UHGV virus genome: UHGV-0178007
DNA from: a virus
Reading direction: 5' to 3' (one strand)
Length of the DNA stretch: 38,512 bases
In this document: positions 1 through 8,018 of the stretch, piece after piece
Layout: the number at the start of each line of letters is the position of its first letter
Position numbering within the stretch: position 1 is the first letter of the stretch
Translations under genes and position numbers: made by a program
The notes under the pieces: model-generated
What the model was told of the DNA's origin: nothing
The model's input: the letters and a program-made list of their open reading frames with translations, nothing else
Database searches by the model: none

Positions 1-215
1 GTACCGGGATCGTCTGACTAGGCGTGGGGCCTGCTTTGGGAGCAGGAGACCGCAGGTTCGAGTCCTGTCGCCCCGACGCCTAGTCAGGGCCACTTTGACG
101 GCGTTATGCCTAGTCAGGTGGCCCTTTTTCATGCCTACTCATGTGGCACGCAGTGGCATCGAGTGCCCCTGTGTGCCTTCATGTGTCTGTACCGGGTACG
201 GCGCTGACTAGGGGT
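1..215. other. Attachment-site (attP-like) region. A partial tRNA core is flanked on both sides by repeated arm-type motifs: GTACCGGG-N5-7-CTGACTAGG at 1-22 and 189-212 (direct), and CCTAGTCAGG at 79-88 and 108-118 (inverted).
   Basis: Read directly: four copies of the 9-mer CTGACTAGG (two direct, two inverted) and two copies of GTACCGGG lie on both sides of a tRNA 3' fragment. The tyrosine integrase gene sits at the opposite end of the window. Having repeats on both flanks is the pattern expected of attP, or of an internal junction between tandem prophages. Confidence 0.5.
30..76 (+). tRNA. Partial tRNA-Pro(UGG): anticodon stem-loop through acceptor 3' end only. The 5' half is absent, so this is an att core copy rather than a functional gene.
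   Basis: Anticodon stem CCTGC/GCAGG encloses the loop TTTGGGA (U33, anticodon TGG, G37). The T-arm is GCAGG-TTCGAGT-CCTGT, the acceptor 3' strand is CGCCCCG and the discriminator is A76. Positions 1-29 cannot form a matching acceptor 5' strand (CGGGGCG) or a D-arm. Confidence 0.6.
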
Positions 216-291
216 TGAGTATGCGGGGGCCGGGGCTATCTGTACCCAGACTGTACCGGCGGCCATACCGTGCGAGTGTGGAGGAGATAGT

Positions 292-332
292 AAAAAAGCC
301 GCCCCCGACCACCTTGTGTGATCGGGGGCGGC
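292..332 (-). terminator. Rho-independent terminator ending the minus-strand late/lysis operon
   Basis: Perfect 10-bp GC stem (GCCGCCCCCG 298-307 pairing with CGGGGGCGGC 323-332) around a 15-nt loop. On the minus strand it is immediately followed by a U6 run (the A6 at 292-297 on plus). It lies about 30 nt downstream of the last minus-strand gene stop at 362. Confidence 0.75.
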
Positions 333-361
333 TTGTGCGTCCCGGGAGATTCAAACCTACC

Positions 362-625
362 TCAGGCGGGGAGGTTTGCTCGGTCTCCCCCGGCGCGCTC
401 GTATGCCTCGGACAGCTCAGCGATCTGGCTCGGGATTGACGCCAACTGGGTGCGGCGATAGTCCTCGGCAGCCCAGAGGGTGCGGAAAAACTGCAGGTCG
501 GTGTGGGTGATGTCGTCGATACGGGCTGCACATTCTCCGAGGATGGCCCGACCCGCCTCGGAAACGTTGTCGAGGTCGCCAGCCATGCCTAGACGTGTGA
601 GGAATGCGGTCATGTCATCAGTCAT
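362..625 (-). CDS. Hypothetical small protein (87 aa), last gene of the late operon
   Basis: ORF in the track. The internal ATG at 625 is preceded by AGGAG at 6-7 nt spacing, which favours it over the upstream in-frame Met codons that overlap the previous gene. Confidence 0.5.
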   Translation of the reverse strand: MTDDMTAFLTRLGMAGDLDNVSEAGRAILGECAARIDDITHTDLQFFRTLWAAEDYRRTQLASIPSQIAELSEAYERAGGDRANLPA

Positions 626-636
626 AGTTTCTCCTG

Positions 637-1860
637 TCATGCGGTGGCGTTTGGATTGGTCAGAGATGTTGGCCACGTCATATTCTCGTCCATCTCAAGA
701 AATACTCGTGACATCTTGATATCGCCCGTACTCCATATGCGGACATATGTGTTACTGGCCCAATGTATTGTGGCAGTCGAGAGATCAATTTTAATGCCAG
801 GAGCGTTGTCAAGGTTCAGTTTTCGCCATACCCACCCATGGCCAATGGCGTTTTTAATGTCCAGATTCTCTCCTCCGTCAGGTTTGGATTTAATATTGAT
901 CCCGATATCTATCATGATGATGTTATTGTGTCGCACGACACCATTTCTCATGCCTGGAATCGGGTCTGCTGTAAACCCGGCGTTGCGGAGGAGCGAGAGC
1001 AGATTATCCTGGAAGGAGATAAATGGTGTCACCCCATATGTGACACGCCATCCTTTCGGCGTCCGCTGCCACTGCCACGCCCCAACCCCGGCACCGTCAG
1101 TCGATGACCACAGCGCACCAATCGGAGCGGATTGCACCCATGCCCGGCCCGAGTCGTCAAGCGTCGAAATAATGTCCGGGCGGCCTGGGCCAGTTCCGGT
1201 GAGCGTGGAGGGCTGCCCCGTCACGCCGATAGGCCCGGGAGGACCCTGGATGCCTGGTACGCCCCGATCGCCTTTAGGCCCCCGATCGCCTGCAGCCCCA
1301 GCAGGACCGGCGGGACCGGTAGCACCCGGAGGACCCGGCGGACCCTGAAAAGCCTCCCGTGGCACGCCGGTGACCTCGTTGCCGTGGCGGATGAGCACGT
1401 CGCCATCGTTGACGGTAGCCGGGACAAGGATGGTGACTGTTGGCGTGGTGGGTGAGGGCGGCTGCCATCCAGCGGCGGTCCACAGATCCAGCGGATGATC
1501 CACTGTGTGATCCGTGGTAACCGTGATCTGATACGGGGTCCAGCCCAGCTCGGCGGCAAAGGACACCTGCCATGCGCCCGTCCAGAGCCACAGGCCCCGC
1601 TGGCCATTGAGCGACAGATATCCGTCCGCGTCCAGGTCGGCGGTGATCGTCTCGTGCTGCGACCGCACCGACGGCTCAGGGAGCACCCCCTTGATGATGC
1701 GCCCCGTCTCCAGTGGACGGAAAATCACCGCCCGCTCGAGGGAGACGGGAGGCCCGTCAGGGTAGGGGTCATCGGATGCCGTGGAGTCCGCGACAGCCCG
1801 AATAGCCCGGGCGATCACATATCCGTAGGCATACCCGACGGGGAGCTTCGGCTCTGCCAT
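637..1860 (-). CDS. Collagen-like (Gly-X-Y) repeat tail fibre or receptor-binding-type protein. It has an N-terminal domain, a stretch of about 20 G-X-Y triplets, and a C-terminal domain encoded by distinctly AT-rich DNA.
   Basis: The translation contains GPPGPPGATGPAGPAGAAGDRGPKGDRGVPGIQGPPGPIGVTGQ. The ATG at 1860 has a GAGGTG Shine-Dalgarno sequence and lies 3 nt after the holin stop. The 3' third (about 640-1000) has much lower GC than the 65% background. Confidence 0.6.
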   Translation of the reverse strand: MAEPKLPVGYAYGYVIARAIRAVADSTASDDPYPDGPPVSLERAVIFRPLETGRIIKGVLPEPSVRSQHETITADLDADGYLSLNGQRGLWLWTGAWQVSFAAELGWTPYQITVTTDHTVDHPLDLWTAAGWQPPSPTTPTVTILVPATVNDGDVLIRHGNEVTGVPREAFQGPPGPPGATGPAGPAGAAGDRGPKGDRGVPGIQGPPGPIGVTGQPSTLTGTGPGRPDIISTLDDSGRAWVQSAPIGALWSSTDGAGVGAWQWQRTPKGWRVTYGVTPFISFQDNLLSLLRNAGFTADPIPGMRNGVVRHNNIIMIDIGINIKSKPDGGENLDIKNAIGHGWVWRKLNLDNAPGIKIDLSTATIHWASNTYVRIWSTGDIKMSRVFLEMDENMTWPTSLTNPNATA

Positions 1861-1862
1861 AG

Positions 1863-2249
1863 TCACACCTCTGCATGGCGTGCGACAGCGACAGAGCCGG
1901 GCTCACTGTCGGTCGTGACGGTGTCGCCGACGGGCTCAATCATGCCGGGGTCATCGGCGGGAATATCTAGGGCAGGCTCGGCGGGAGGCTCAATGAGCCC
2001 CGCATCCTCACCCACGAGGGCCGGGGCGTCAGGGTGCTTGCCAGCAACAAACGTCGGCGATCCCAGTGACGTGGCGACCGACAGGATGGCCGCGACCGCT
2101 GCCGTGACGAGGGCAGACAGCCACGGGAGACCGCGAACGCTATCTACTGTGTATACGGCGCCAACACCAACGCCGAGCGTGGCGATGAACGTTTGAATGA
2201 AGGTCTTGAGGGCGCGCTCAAAACAGCCGCGCCAGAAATGCTTATCCAT
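1863..2249 (-). CDS. Holin
   Basis: 128 aa with two hydrophobic helices (FIQTFIATLGVGVGAVYTV and WLSALVTAAVAAILSVA) and an acidic C-terminus. It lies immediately downstream of the endolysin, with its ATG at 2249 abutting the amidase stop at 2250. Confidence 0.65.
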   Translation of the reverse strand: MDKHFWRGCFERALKTFIQTFIATLGVGVGAVYTVDSVRGLPWLSALVTAAVAAILSVATSLGSPTFVAGKHPDAPALVGEDAGLIEPPAEPALDIPADDPGMIEPVGDTVTTDSEPGSVAVARHAEV

Positions 2250-3098
2250 TCACTTCACCTTCTTTTCAAGGTCGGAGATGCGATTCTCAATCGTCATGAT
2301 GCGGTTTCGGCATTCCAGCACGTAGTACCAGACAGACCACAGTGCGTCCTTGGTGCGCCACTTCTTCCCGGTAGCAGGATTCTTCACCCAGGATAGCAAC
2401 TCAACCTGCTTTTTCAGGGAGCCGTTCTGTGTCTGGACAACGCCGATGTCGTGGTGGAGCTGATTGTTTGAGGCTTTGATGAGCTTGGTCAGGGTGTTGA
2501 CGTCGGACATGCTGAGTTCTCCCTTTGTTGTGGTGTTTTTTCCTTGGATGGCGGCAATGAATCTATCCCACGGGAAATAGAGTCCCGGGTCGTCGTGGTC
2601 GGATTGATGGAATGCGTCAGACACATTGTCGTGTCCGCAAATACCCGACATCCCGTTCTTCACCTGCGCGGTGGAGAGTTTGCGAACCGGAATGCGGTGT
2701 CGGTGGCAAATATCGCGAGCGAGAATCGCGGCGCGCTCTACGGCTGGCCATACCTGTGGCGATAGCCACTGCTCGCGAGTGTATGCGTGAGAAGCCTTCT
2801 CAAATGAGGCGCGGGACCCGCCGTCGGAGCAAATCTCAATGCCGATTGAATGGCTATTCGGCGGGGCGTGGTAGCCGATGGTGTTCTCGGGCAGACATTG
2901 GACCGTGGTCGCGATGTCGACGACGTAGTGGGCTGAGGCGGGGCGGGACGTAGACGCAAAATACTCCGCTGTGGATACCGCCCTACCCGCCCGCGATGCC
3001 GACGGAAACCCCACGTCAGGGCAGGTCGAATGGATGACCAGCCGGGAGACGGGGGCGTTGGTGTTGCCGCCGTGATGGCGGGCCTGGATGAATGTCAT
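2250..3098 (-). CDS. Endolysin, N-acetylmuramoyl-L-alanine amidase (amidase_2/PGRP-type catalytic domain with a C-terminal putative cell-wall-binding region)
   Basis: The translation (RLVIHSTC...GYHAPPNSHSIGIEICSDGG...) is typical of Propionibacterium/Cutibacterium phage amidase endolysins. It sits between a collagen-like tail gene and the holin, and a GAGAGGA Shine-Dalgarno sequence precedes the ATG at 3098. Confidence 0.75.
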   Translation of the reverse strand: MTFIQARHHGGNTNAPVSRLVIHSTCPDVGFPSASRAGRAVSTAEYFASTSRPASAHYVVDIATTVQCLPENTIGYHAPPNSHSIGIEICSDGGSRASFEKASHAYTREQWLSPQVWPAVERAAILARDICHRHRIPVRKLSTAQVKNGMSGICGHDNVSDAFHQSDHDDPGLYFPWDRFIAAIQGKNTTTKGELSMSDVNTLTKLIKASNNQLHHDIGVVQTQNGSLKKQVELLSWVKNPATGKKWRTKDALWSVWYYVLECRNRIMTIENRISDLEKKVK

Positions 3099-3107
3099 GG
3101 CGTCCTC

Positions 3108-3872
3108 TCAAGGTGTCGGTGTGGCGGTCGTAGGGGAGGGGTCTGGGGTGGCGCATACGGTGGCCCCAGCGACGGTCGACATGGTGCCGTCAGTGAAGGT
3201 GGCGACGAGATGGGCGTCGTCGCAGGCGAGGGAGGCGAGGCCGCGACCGTCCTTGCCGTCGGCTCCGTCCTTGCCGTCATGTCCGGGTACTCCTGCCGGT
3301 CCTGCTGGACCCGCCTGGCCGTCGTCTCCAGGGGCTCCCGCTGGACCGTCCTTGCCGGGCTGGCCGTCGTTCCCGTTGGCCCCGTCCTTGCCTGGTGCTC
3401 CCGTGGCGTCCTTGCCGGGCTGGCCATCTCGCCCAGGTGCCCCTGTCGCGTCGCGGCCTGGCCTACCGCCTCGGCCCTGCTGGCCGTCCCGGCCCGGCGA
3501 TCCGGGCCTCCCGGCTGGCCCTATGGGTCCTGCTGGCCCAGGGGCTCCGGCGGTGGGTGCGGGGGCGTCACGAACCCGAGATTCGATGCGGCTGGCCTCA
3601 TCGCACAGGCCCGCCTGTCGCAGCGACCGGCCCTCATCGGTGCTGGTCGCGCACGCGGCTTTGACGCGACCAGCCAACGATTTCGCGGCGTCAGCGTTGC
3701 TGGCGGCCTGCGATCCGGCGGCGTCGCGCTGGCCCTGGATGTGCCCAGCCCAGCCCGTCAGTGCAGCCACCACGATCACGAGGAGCGCCAGCATGGCAGC
3801 CTGCCACACGTTGAGCCGCTCCGATGATCGGCGCTGGCGGCGTTCTGTTTCGAGTTCATTCGTCGGCTGCAT
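3108..3872 (-). CDS. Collagen-like repeat protein with an N-terminal hydrophobic (signal-anchor-like) segment
   Basis: An N-terminal basic stretch is followed by MLALLVIVVAALTGW, then long G-X-Y runs (GAPGPAGPIGPAGRPGSPGRDGQQGRGGRPGRDATGAPGRDGQPGKDATGAPGKDGANGNDGQPGKDGPAGAPGDDGQAGPAGPAGVPGHDGKDGADGKDGRG) and a Thr/Pro-rich tail. Confidence 0.6.
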   Translation of the reverse strand: MQPTNELETERRQRRSSERLNVWQAAMLALLVIVVAALTGWAGHIQGQRDAAGSQAASNADAAKSLAGRVKAACATSTDEGRSLRQAGLCDEASRIESRVRDAPAPTAGAPGPAGPIGPAGRPGSPGRDGQQGRGGRPGRDATGAPGRDGQPGKDATGAPGKDGANGNDGQPGKDGPAGAPGDDGQAGPAGPAGVPGHDGKDGADGKDGRGLASLACDDAHLVATFTDGTMSTVAGATVCATPDPSPTTATPTP

Positions 3873-4110
3873 TGGTCATCCAATCTGGCAGGTCAGGCAG
3901 GGAAATCGGGGCTGCAGTGCCGGGTAGAGACGCGTTGTAGCGGCGTGCAGCGCGGCGGGCCTCGTAGGCCCACTCCTCGAGCGCGTCGATCTGGGCCGCC
4001 TGGTGACGCTGGATTTTGCGGGACCTGTGCGTCAGAGCTGGCAGTGCCGTGAGCAGGGCTGCCAGGACTGTCGCGATCCCGGTGACGATCGTGGAGGCCA
4101 GCCCTCCCAT
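3856..4110 (-). CDS. Small membrane protein (one N-terminal TM helix, basic/charged C-terminus)
   Basis: 84 aa. An N-terminal hydrophobic helix (LASTIVTGIATVLAALLTALPAL) is followed by a charged region, giving a holin-like topology. Confidence 0.45.
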   Translation of the reverse strand: MGGLASTIVTGIATVLAALLTALPALTHRSRKIQRHQAAQIDALEEWAYEARRAARRYNASLPGTAAPISLPDLPDWMTNAADE

Positions 4111-4120
4111 GGCGGCCTCC

Positions 4121-4594
4121 TCAGGTCAGGTCGTGCTCACTCCATGCGGCGGCGGTCAACAGTGCCAGCGGGGTGCACACGAGCAGGCCGAGCATGGGGG
4201 CTGCGAGCGAGGCGGGCGGTCTCGTGTCGACCGACCATGCCAGGTCTAGGGCCGACCACACCGCCCATGCGGCAGCACTGAGGCTGGCCCCGGCGATCCC
4301 CCACAGATGTGACGCCCGGATAGCCGCGATGGCGAGGATGACGGCTGCGGTCCCGTGGACGCTCACCCACCACCAGTCGTCGACCAGGGCGACCGGCTGC
4401 GACAGCCCATGGACCGGCAGAATCGCGGGTGCGGCCCGGCCTGTCAGGTGCAGGCTCACCATGAGCACGTGTGTCCACGCCAGCAGGACAGTGATGCGCA
4501 CGACCAGATGCGGACGGTGACAGAGGTGGGCGAGGAGCTGGCGAACCTCGCTCACGAGATTCCGGCGATGCTCGGCCATGCCTGATCCACCCAT
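4121..4594 (-). CDS. Polytopic membrane protein (about 4 TM segments)
   Basis: The ORF translation is dominated by hydrophobic helices (ITVLLAWTHVLMVSL, AAVILAIAAI, AAAWAVWSAL, LGLLVCTPLALLTAAAW). The start codon is uncertain; M6 at 4579 is possible. Confidence 0.45.
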   Translation of the reverse strand: MGGSGMAEHRRNLVSEVRQLLAHLCHRPHLVVRITVLLAWTHVLMVSLHLTGRAAPAILPVHGLSQPVALVDDWWWVSVHGTAAVILAIAAIRASHLWGIAGASLSAAAWAVWSALDLAWSVDTRPPASLAAPMLGLLVCTPLALLTAAAWSEHDLT

Positions 4595-4860
4595 CCCAGC
4601 AGCGCCGAGTCGTCAGCCTTGCCAGCGATGACGACATCCTGGGCGCCTTGGTCGACCGCACAGGACCACAGCGCGAGCCGATGGGGAGATTCATCGCCCC
4701 GCAGCACTCGCGTGCACAGATCAGACTCTGGTCCACTCAGAGGAGCGCCACTGGCGCGTTTGGTGCGAGCAATGCTCCATACCGCGACCTCCAGACGCCG
4801 CCGAAACGGCGCATACTCTGCATCGTTGATAATGCTCCATGCACCATCGAGACTGGCCAT
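4552..4860 (-). CDS. Hypothetical protein (102 aa)
   Basis: ORF with a GTGAGGGA Shine-Dalgarno-like sequence upstream of the ATG at 4860. It sits in the tail gene block. Confidence 0.45.
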   Translation of the reverse strand: MASLDGAWSIINDAEYAPFRRRLEVAVWSIARTKRASGAPLSGPESDLCTRVLRGDESPHRLALWSCAVDQGAQDVVIAGKADDSALLGWVDQAWPSIAGIS

Positions 4861-4866
4861 GATCCC

Positions 4867-6837
4867 TCACTTCGTATAGGTGACCTTGAGTTTGATGTCA
4901 GACAGCGCACTCGAGAACTTGCCGTATTTATCGGTCGATGTTCCCGCGCCCTCGCCGAGGGTGAATCCACGGATGGTTCCTCGTGCGATCCCCGACCACC
5001 ACCCGCTCGGAATCGGAATCCACATTCCCGCCCCCGGCTTCCACAGCTGCGTGGTGAATGCCCCGCCCCCAGAGGTTTGCGGGGATCCCGGCAGGGCCGT
5101 GGAGTCGAAATGGCCAATCCGGGCGTAGCCACCGACGTAGTTGAACCAGGAGCGGTTGCGCAGATACAGCCACACGCCCTGAATGTGGACCCCACCCGAC
5201 GACAACGCATCGGAGGGCTGAGACCCCCACAGCGCCAGCGAGTACCGCTGATATCCGCCGTAGTAGCCGTGGTGCAGCGAGTCTGTGACAGCCGAGCCGC
5301 CGCGCCACGAGCGGACTGCGGCGGCATTCCATGTGGTCGTCCTGGTTGTCACAGTGGGGGCAGTGGGTGTCACCGTTCCGCCCTGGAGGGGCGTACCCCC
5401 GCCAGTGTTGACAGCACCATCACCCCAGGATGGATAGGTGCCCACATCCTCGACGTAGATGTCGAACGGGTAGGTGTCATCGGACGCCAGGTGACCACCA
5501 TCGGGGGATTTCTGCTGCCGGGCCGTGAGCAGGATCCTCGCCGTCACATCGCTGGCCTGGACTGGCAGAAACAGTGCGAACTCGACGTGCGTCGATCCAT
5601 CAGTGGTAAACGCCGCCATACCGGCTCGGGGCGACGAGATGGTGGGAGCCGATCCGTCAGTAGTCATCCTAGCCATGAGCACCAGGCGACCAGCGCCGCC
5701 GCTCCACGCCATGCCGGACGCCACAAACCGATACAACCGTCCGGCCACCATGGGGATCTGCAACTCCAGCAGTCCGAGATCACTGGAGCCATACGTGATG
5801 GCGTTGAGGCTGGACGTGGACCCGAGTTTCTGGCGAGCAACAACACCCTGCGGGAGTCTGCCGATGATGTCCATGATGTCGTCGCCGCCGATGGTCAGAG
5901 TGCCGTTGACCGTGGCTGAGGTGGCCAGCAGCGCGCCATCCTGCTCAAACCCTGCGATGGGGCTTCCGCTGCGATCCGACAGCACCATACGGTCAGTGTC
6001 AGGCCCGCCCAGCGAGACGGTGGTGATCTCCTGGCCATCATCATCAGATCGGATCACCTCGACCGTCGATGCCCCCACATGGACACGAGGGAGCGCCGTA
6101 GCTGACGGGGACCAGATGTCGATGCCAGACAGCGACCCCGAAGTGATCGTTCCGGCATCGAGGTTGGCCAGGGCCTGGCCATCGATCTTGTCGGGCTGCC
6201 ATGCCGTGCCGCCCCAGTGCCACATGCCGATGGTGTGACCATGGTCGTCATGGCGGAACCACGTGTCGCCGACGGTCGATCCGGGGCCATCTGGGGCATT
6301 GATGGAGTGGGTGACGGTGGATTTCCCGTCGGCGCTCGCAATCGCCTCAGTGACCTCACGCGACAGAGCTGACATGGGGATAATGGCGCGCCTACCCATG
6401 ACATCTGACACGGTCCATTGACCGTCCGACAACTCGACAGTGACCGACTCCGCCGAGTCGCCATCCCGCATCCCGTCAGGCAGGACGGCCCGCAAATTGT
6501 GCGGGACAATGGCGCGCACCGACGTGCCATCATGCAGCTGGACGGCAGCAACAATATCGACAGCGGGAGGCCACACCTGGAACCACTGCTCACCGTCCTG
6601 AGGGGTCCACTGTGAGGGTGCCTCGACGTCGGTTGTCACCGTGTCGGGATCGGTGTCGCCGATACCCCATGACACCGCCGAGTAGCCGATGACGGTAGTC
6701 CCGCCATCTGGGCTGATCTGCCCACCATCGGGCGCGAGCTGGGAGGCGTCCACCATGTGGAGATCGTGCCCCGACCATGCGACGGCAATACCGCCTGCCT
6801 CGACGGTTGTCACCATCGACACTTGGCCCTGGATCAT
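4867..6837 (-). CDS. Minor tail protein (large, about 656 aa; candidate tip/receptor-binding component)
   Basis: Large ORF downstream of the tape measure and distal tail genes. The likely start ATG at 6837 overlaps the upstream stop in an ATGA arrangement. Confidence 0.55.
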   Translation of the reverse strand: MIQGQVSMVTTVEAGGIAVAWSGHDLHMVDASQLAPDGGQISPDGGTTVIGYSAVSWGIGDTDPDTVTTDVEAPSQWTPQDGEQWFQVWPPAVDIVAAVQLHDGTSVRAIVPHNLRAVLPDGMRDGDSAESVTVELSDGQWTVSDVMGRRAIIPMSALSREVTEAIASADGKSTVTHSINAPDGPGSTVGDTWFRHDDHGHTIGMWHWGGTAWQPDKIDGQALANLDAGTITSGSLSGIDIWSPSATALPRVHVGASTVEVIRSDDDGQEITTVSLGGPDTDRMVLSDRSGSPIAGFEQDGALLATSATVNGTLTIGGDDIMDIIGRLPQGVVARQKLGSTSSLNAITYGSSDLGLLELQIPMVAGRLYRFVASGMAWSGGAGRLVLMARMTTDGSAPTISSPRAGMAAFTTDGSTHVEFALFLPVQASDVTARILLTARQQKSPDGGHLASDDTYPFDIYVEDVGTYPSWGDGAVNTGGGTPLQGGTVTPTAPTVTTRTTTWNAAAVRSWRGGSAVTDSLHHGYYGGYQRYSLALWGSQPSDALSSGGVHIQGVWLYLRNRSWFNYVGGYARIGHFDSTALPGSPQTSGGGAFTTQLWKPGAGMWIPIPSGWWSGIARGTIRGFTLGEGAGTSTDKYGKFSSALSDIKLKVTYTK

Positions 6838-8018
6838 CGACGCGACCCCTTCCTCGCGACAGTGACACGGCGCGTCATCCGGCGCACGTGGGTATGCCTG
6901 CTGATCGTCATGTGTCCATCTGCGGTGAGCGGGATGGAGAACTTCATGAGCGCCATGCGCCACGTCCACTCACCGGCATCGACGGCGATTATGTCGCGCG
7001 GCTCCAGGTGCGGCACGGGCACTACATCGAATGCCAGATCCACGAACGCCCAGCCCAGCTCATTCAAACGATGTTTAGCTATCGCCCTGGCGTCAGCAGA
7101 CGACGTGATGTCCTGGTTGTCGATCTGCTCACGCAGATACCGTGGCACCCCTCCCCGACTGAGGTTCTTCGGACTGAGAGGATGGCTGGACGGGAGAGTC
7201 GCCGTTCCGTATACGGGCCTCTTGGAGCCCTTGGGCACGCCGCCATGCACCACTACAAAATTCCTGATGTTTGACAGATCGGAGCTGATATCCGGCTCAG
7301 TGAGCATGTCAACACCACGACGGAACGTCCACGCCGAGGCTTTCACATAGCTTTTCAGGCGGCATCGTCCGCGCCCGTCATAGAACAGCAACGGATCAGT
7401 CCCGAGCTTACGTGAGGCCAACGTCCACGACAACTGCTGCAGCTTCTGCCACGGTGCCTCATTGCTGAGACACTGCCACGTCGACGTCACCTTGTCTGAC
7501 CATCTGGGGATTGACCGAAATTCCTCCCCAGAATCGGAGAGAACCTGAGATATGATGTCAGTTTTACGGGTGCCGGAATCGTAAATCCAGTTGCGCGACT
7601 GAGGCACCGTCAGGAACGATTCCTTGCCGCTGGCCGACAGGCTCACAGAATCAGAGTTCCGTTTTATGCTGGTGATCGGACCCGTAAACACGGGGACATC
7701 GACCCACTGTGGCAGCTGCTCGGACCACACGCCGTAGAAGACGCGGATCATCCGGTCGGCATACAACGCGGCCTGCGCTGGCCCTTGAGCGTCAAGGTTG
7801 AGTTTGCCGTCCGGGTCGCGTAGCTCCAGCTGGCATGTCCGTGACACGTCAGACTCAATGTCCACATCAACCGACCCCGACAGCACGCCATCCTCTGCTG
7901 TCGCAATGAGGTTGTGATCTAGATCGAGCACATCGACCCGCGTGCGGACCCGATGGTCGGCCAGCAGCCCGGCCTCGAAGGCCCGCCTGTCAGCGTCGGA
8001 CAAACGCAGGTCGATCAT
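6834..8018 (-). CDS. Minor tail protein (about 394 aa)
   Basis: Tail-block ORF. The ATG at 8018 overlaps the upstream stop (ATGA). Confidence 0.5.
   Translation of the reverse strand: MIDLRLSDADRRAFEAGLLADHRVRTRVDVLDLDHNLIATAEDGVLSGSVDVDIESDVSRTCQLELRDPDGKLNLDAQGPAQAALYADRMIRVFYGVWSEQLPQWVDVPVFTGPITSIKRNSDSVSLSASGKESFLTVPQSRNWIYDSGTRKTDIISQVLSDSGEEFRSIPRWSDKVTSTWQCLSNEAPWQKLQQLSWTLASRKLGTDPLLFYDGRGRCRLKSYVKASAWTFRRGVDMLTEPDISSDLSNIRNFVVVHGGVPKGSKRPVYGTATLPSSHPLSPKNLSRGGVPRYLREQIDNQDITSSADARAIAKHRLNELGWAFVDLAFDVVPVPHLEPRDIIAVDAGEWTWRMALMKFSIPLTADGHMTISRHTHVRRMTRRVTVARKGSRR

Noticed and set aside
1-90. A complete tRNA gene at the left end
   Set aside because: The anticodon arm, T-arm and acceptor 3' strand are convincing. 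No D-arm or complementary 5' acceptor strand (CGGGGCG) exists in positions 1-29, so this is a partial core copy and not a functional tRNA.
208-531. ORFs 208-531 (-) and 215-439 (+) covering the att region and the terminator
   Set aside because: They span the terminator hairpin and the att repeats, have no ribosome-binding site, and their translations are low-complexity. They are most likely artefacts of high GC.
3030-3927. Long plus-strand ORFs (3030-3827 and 3088-3927) with Gly/Pro/Ala-rich translations, antisense to the collagen-like gene
   Set aside because: They are mirror-frame artefacts of the GGN-rich collagen repeat on the minus strand. The minus-strand frame gives the regular G-X-Y pattern and fits the operon context.
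4648-5919. 423-aa plus-strand ORF and other long alternative-frame ORFs antisense to the tail genes (for example 4137-4736, 4737-5327, 5525-6238)
   Set aside because: Their translations are Arg/Pro/Gly-rich and low-complexity, as expected for off-frames in 65% GC DNA. All overlap well-supported minus-strand tail genes.
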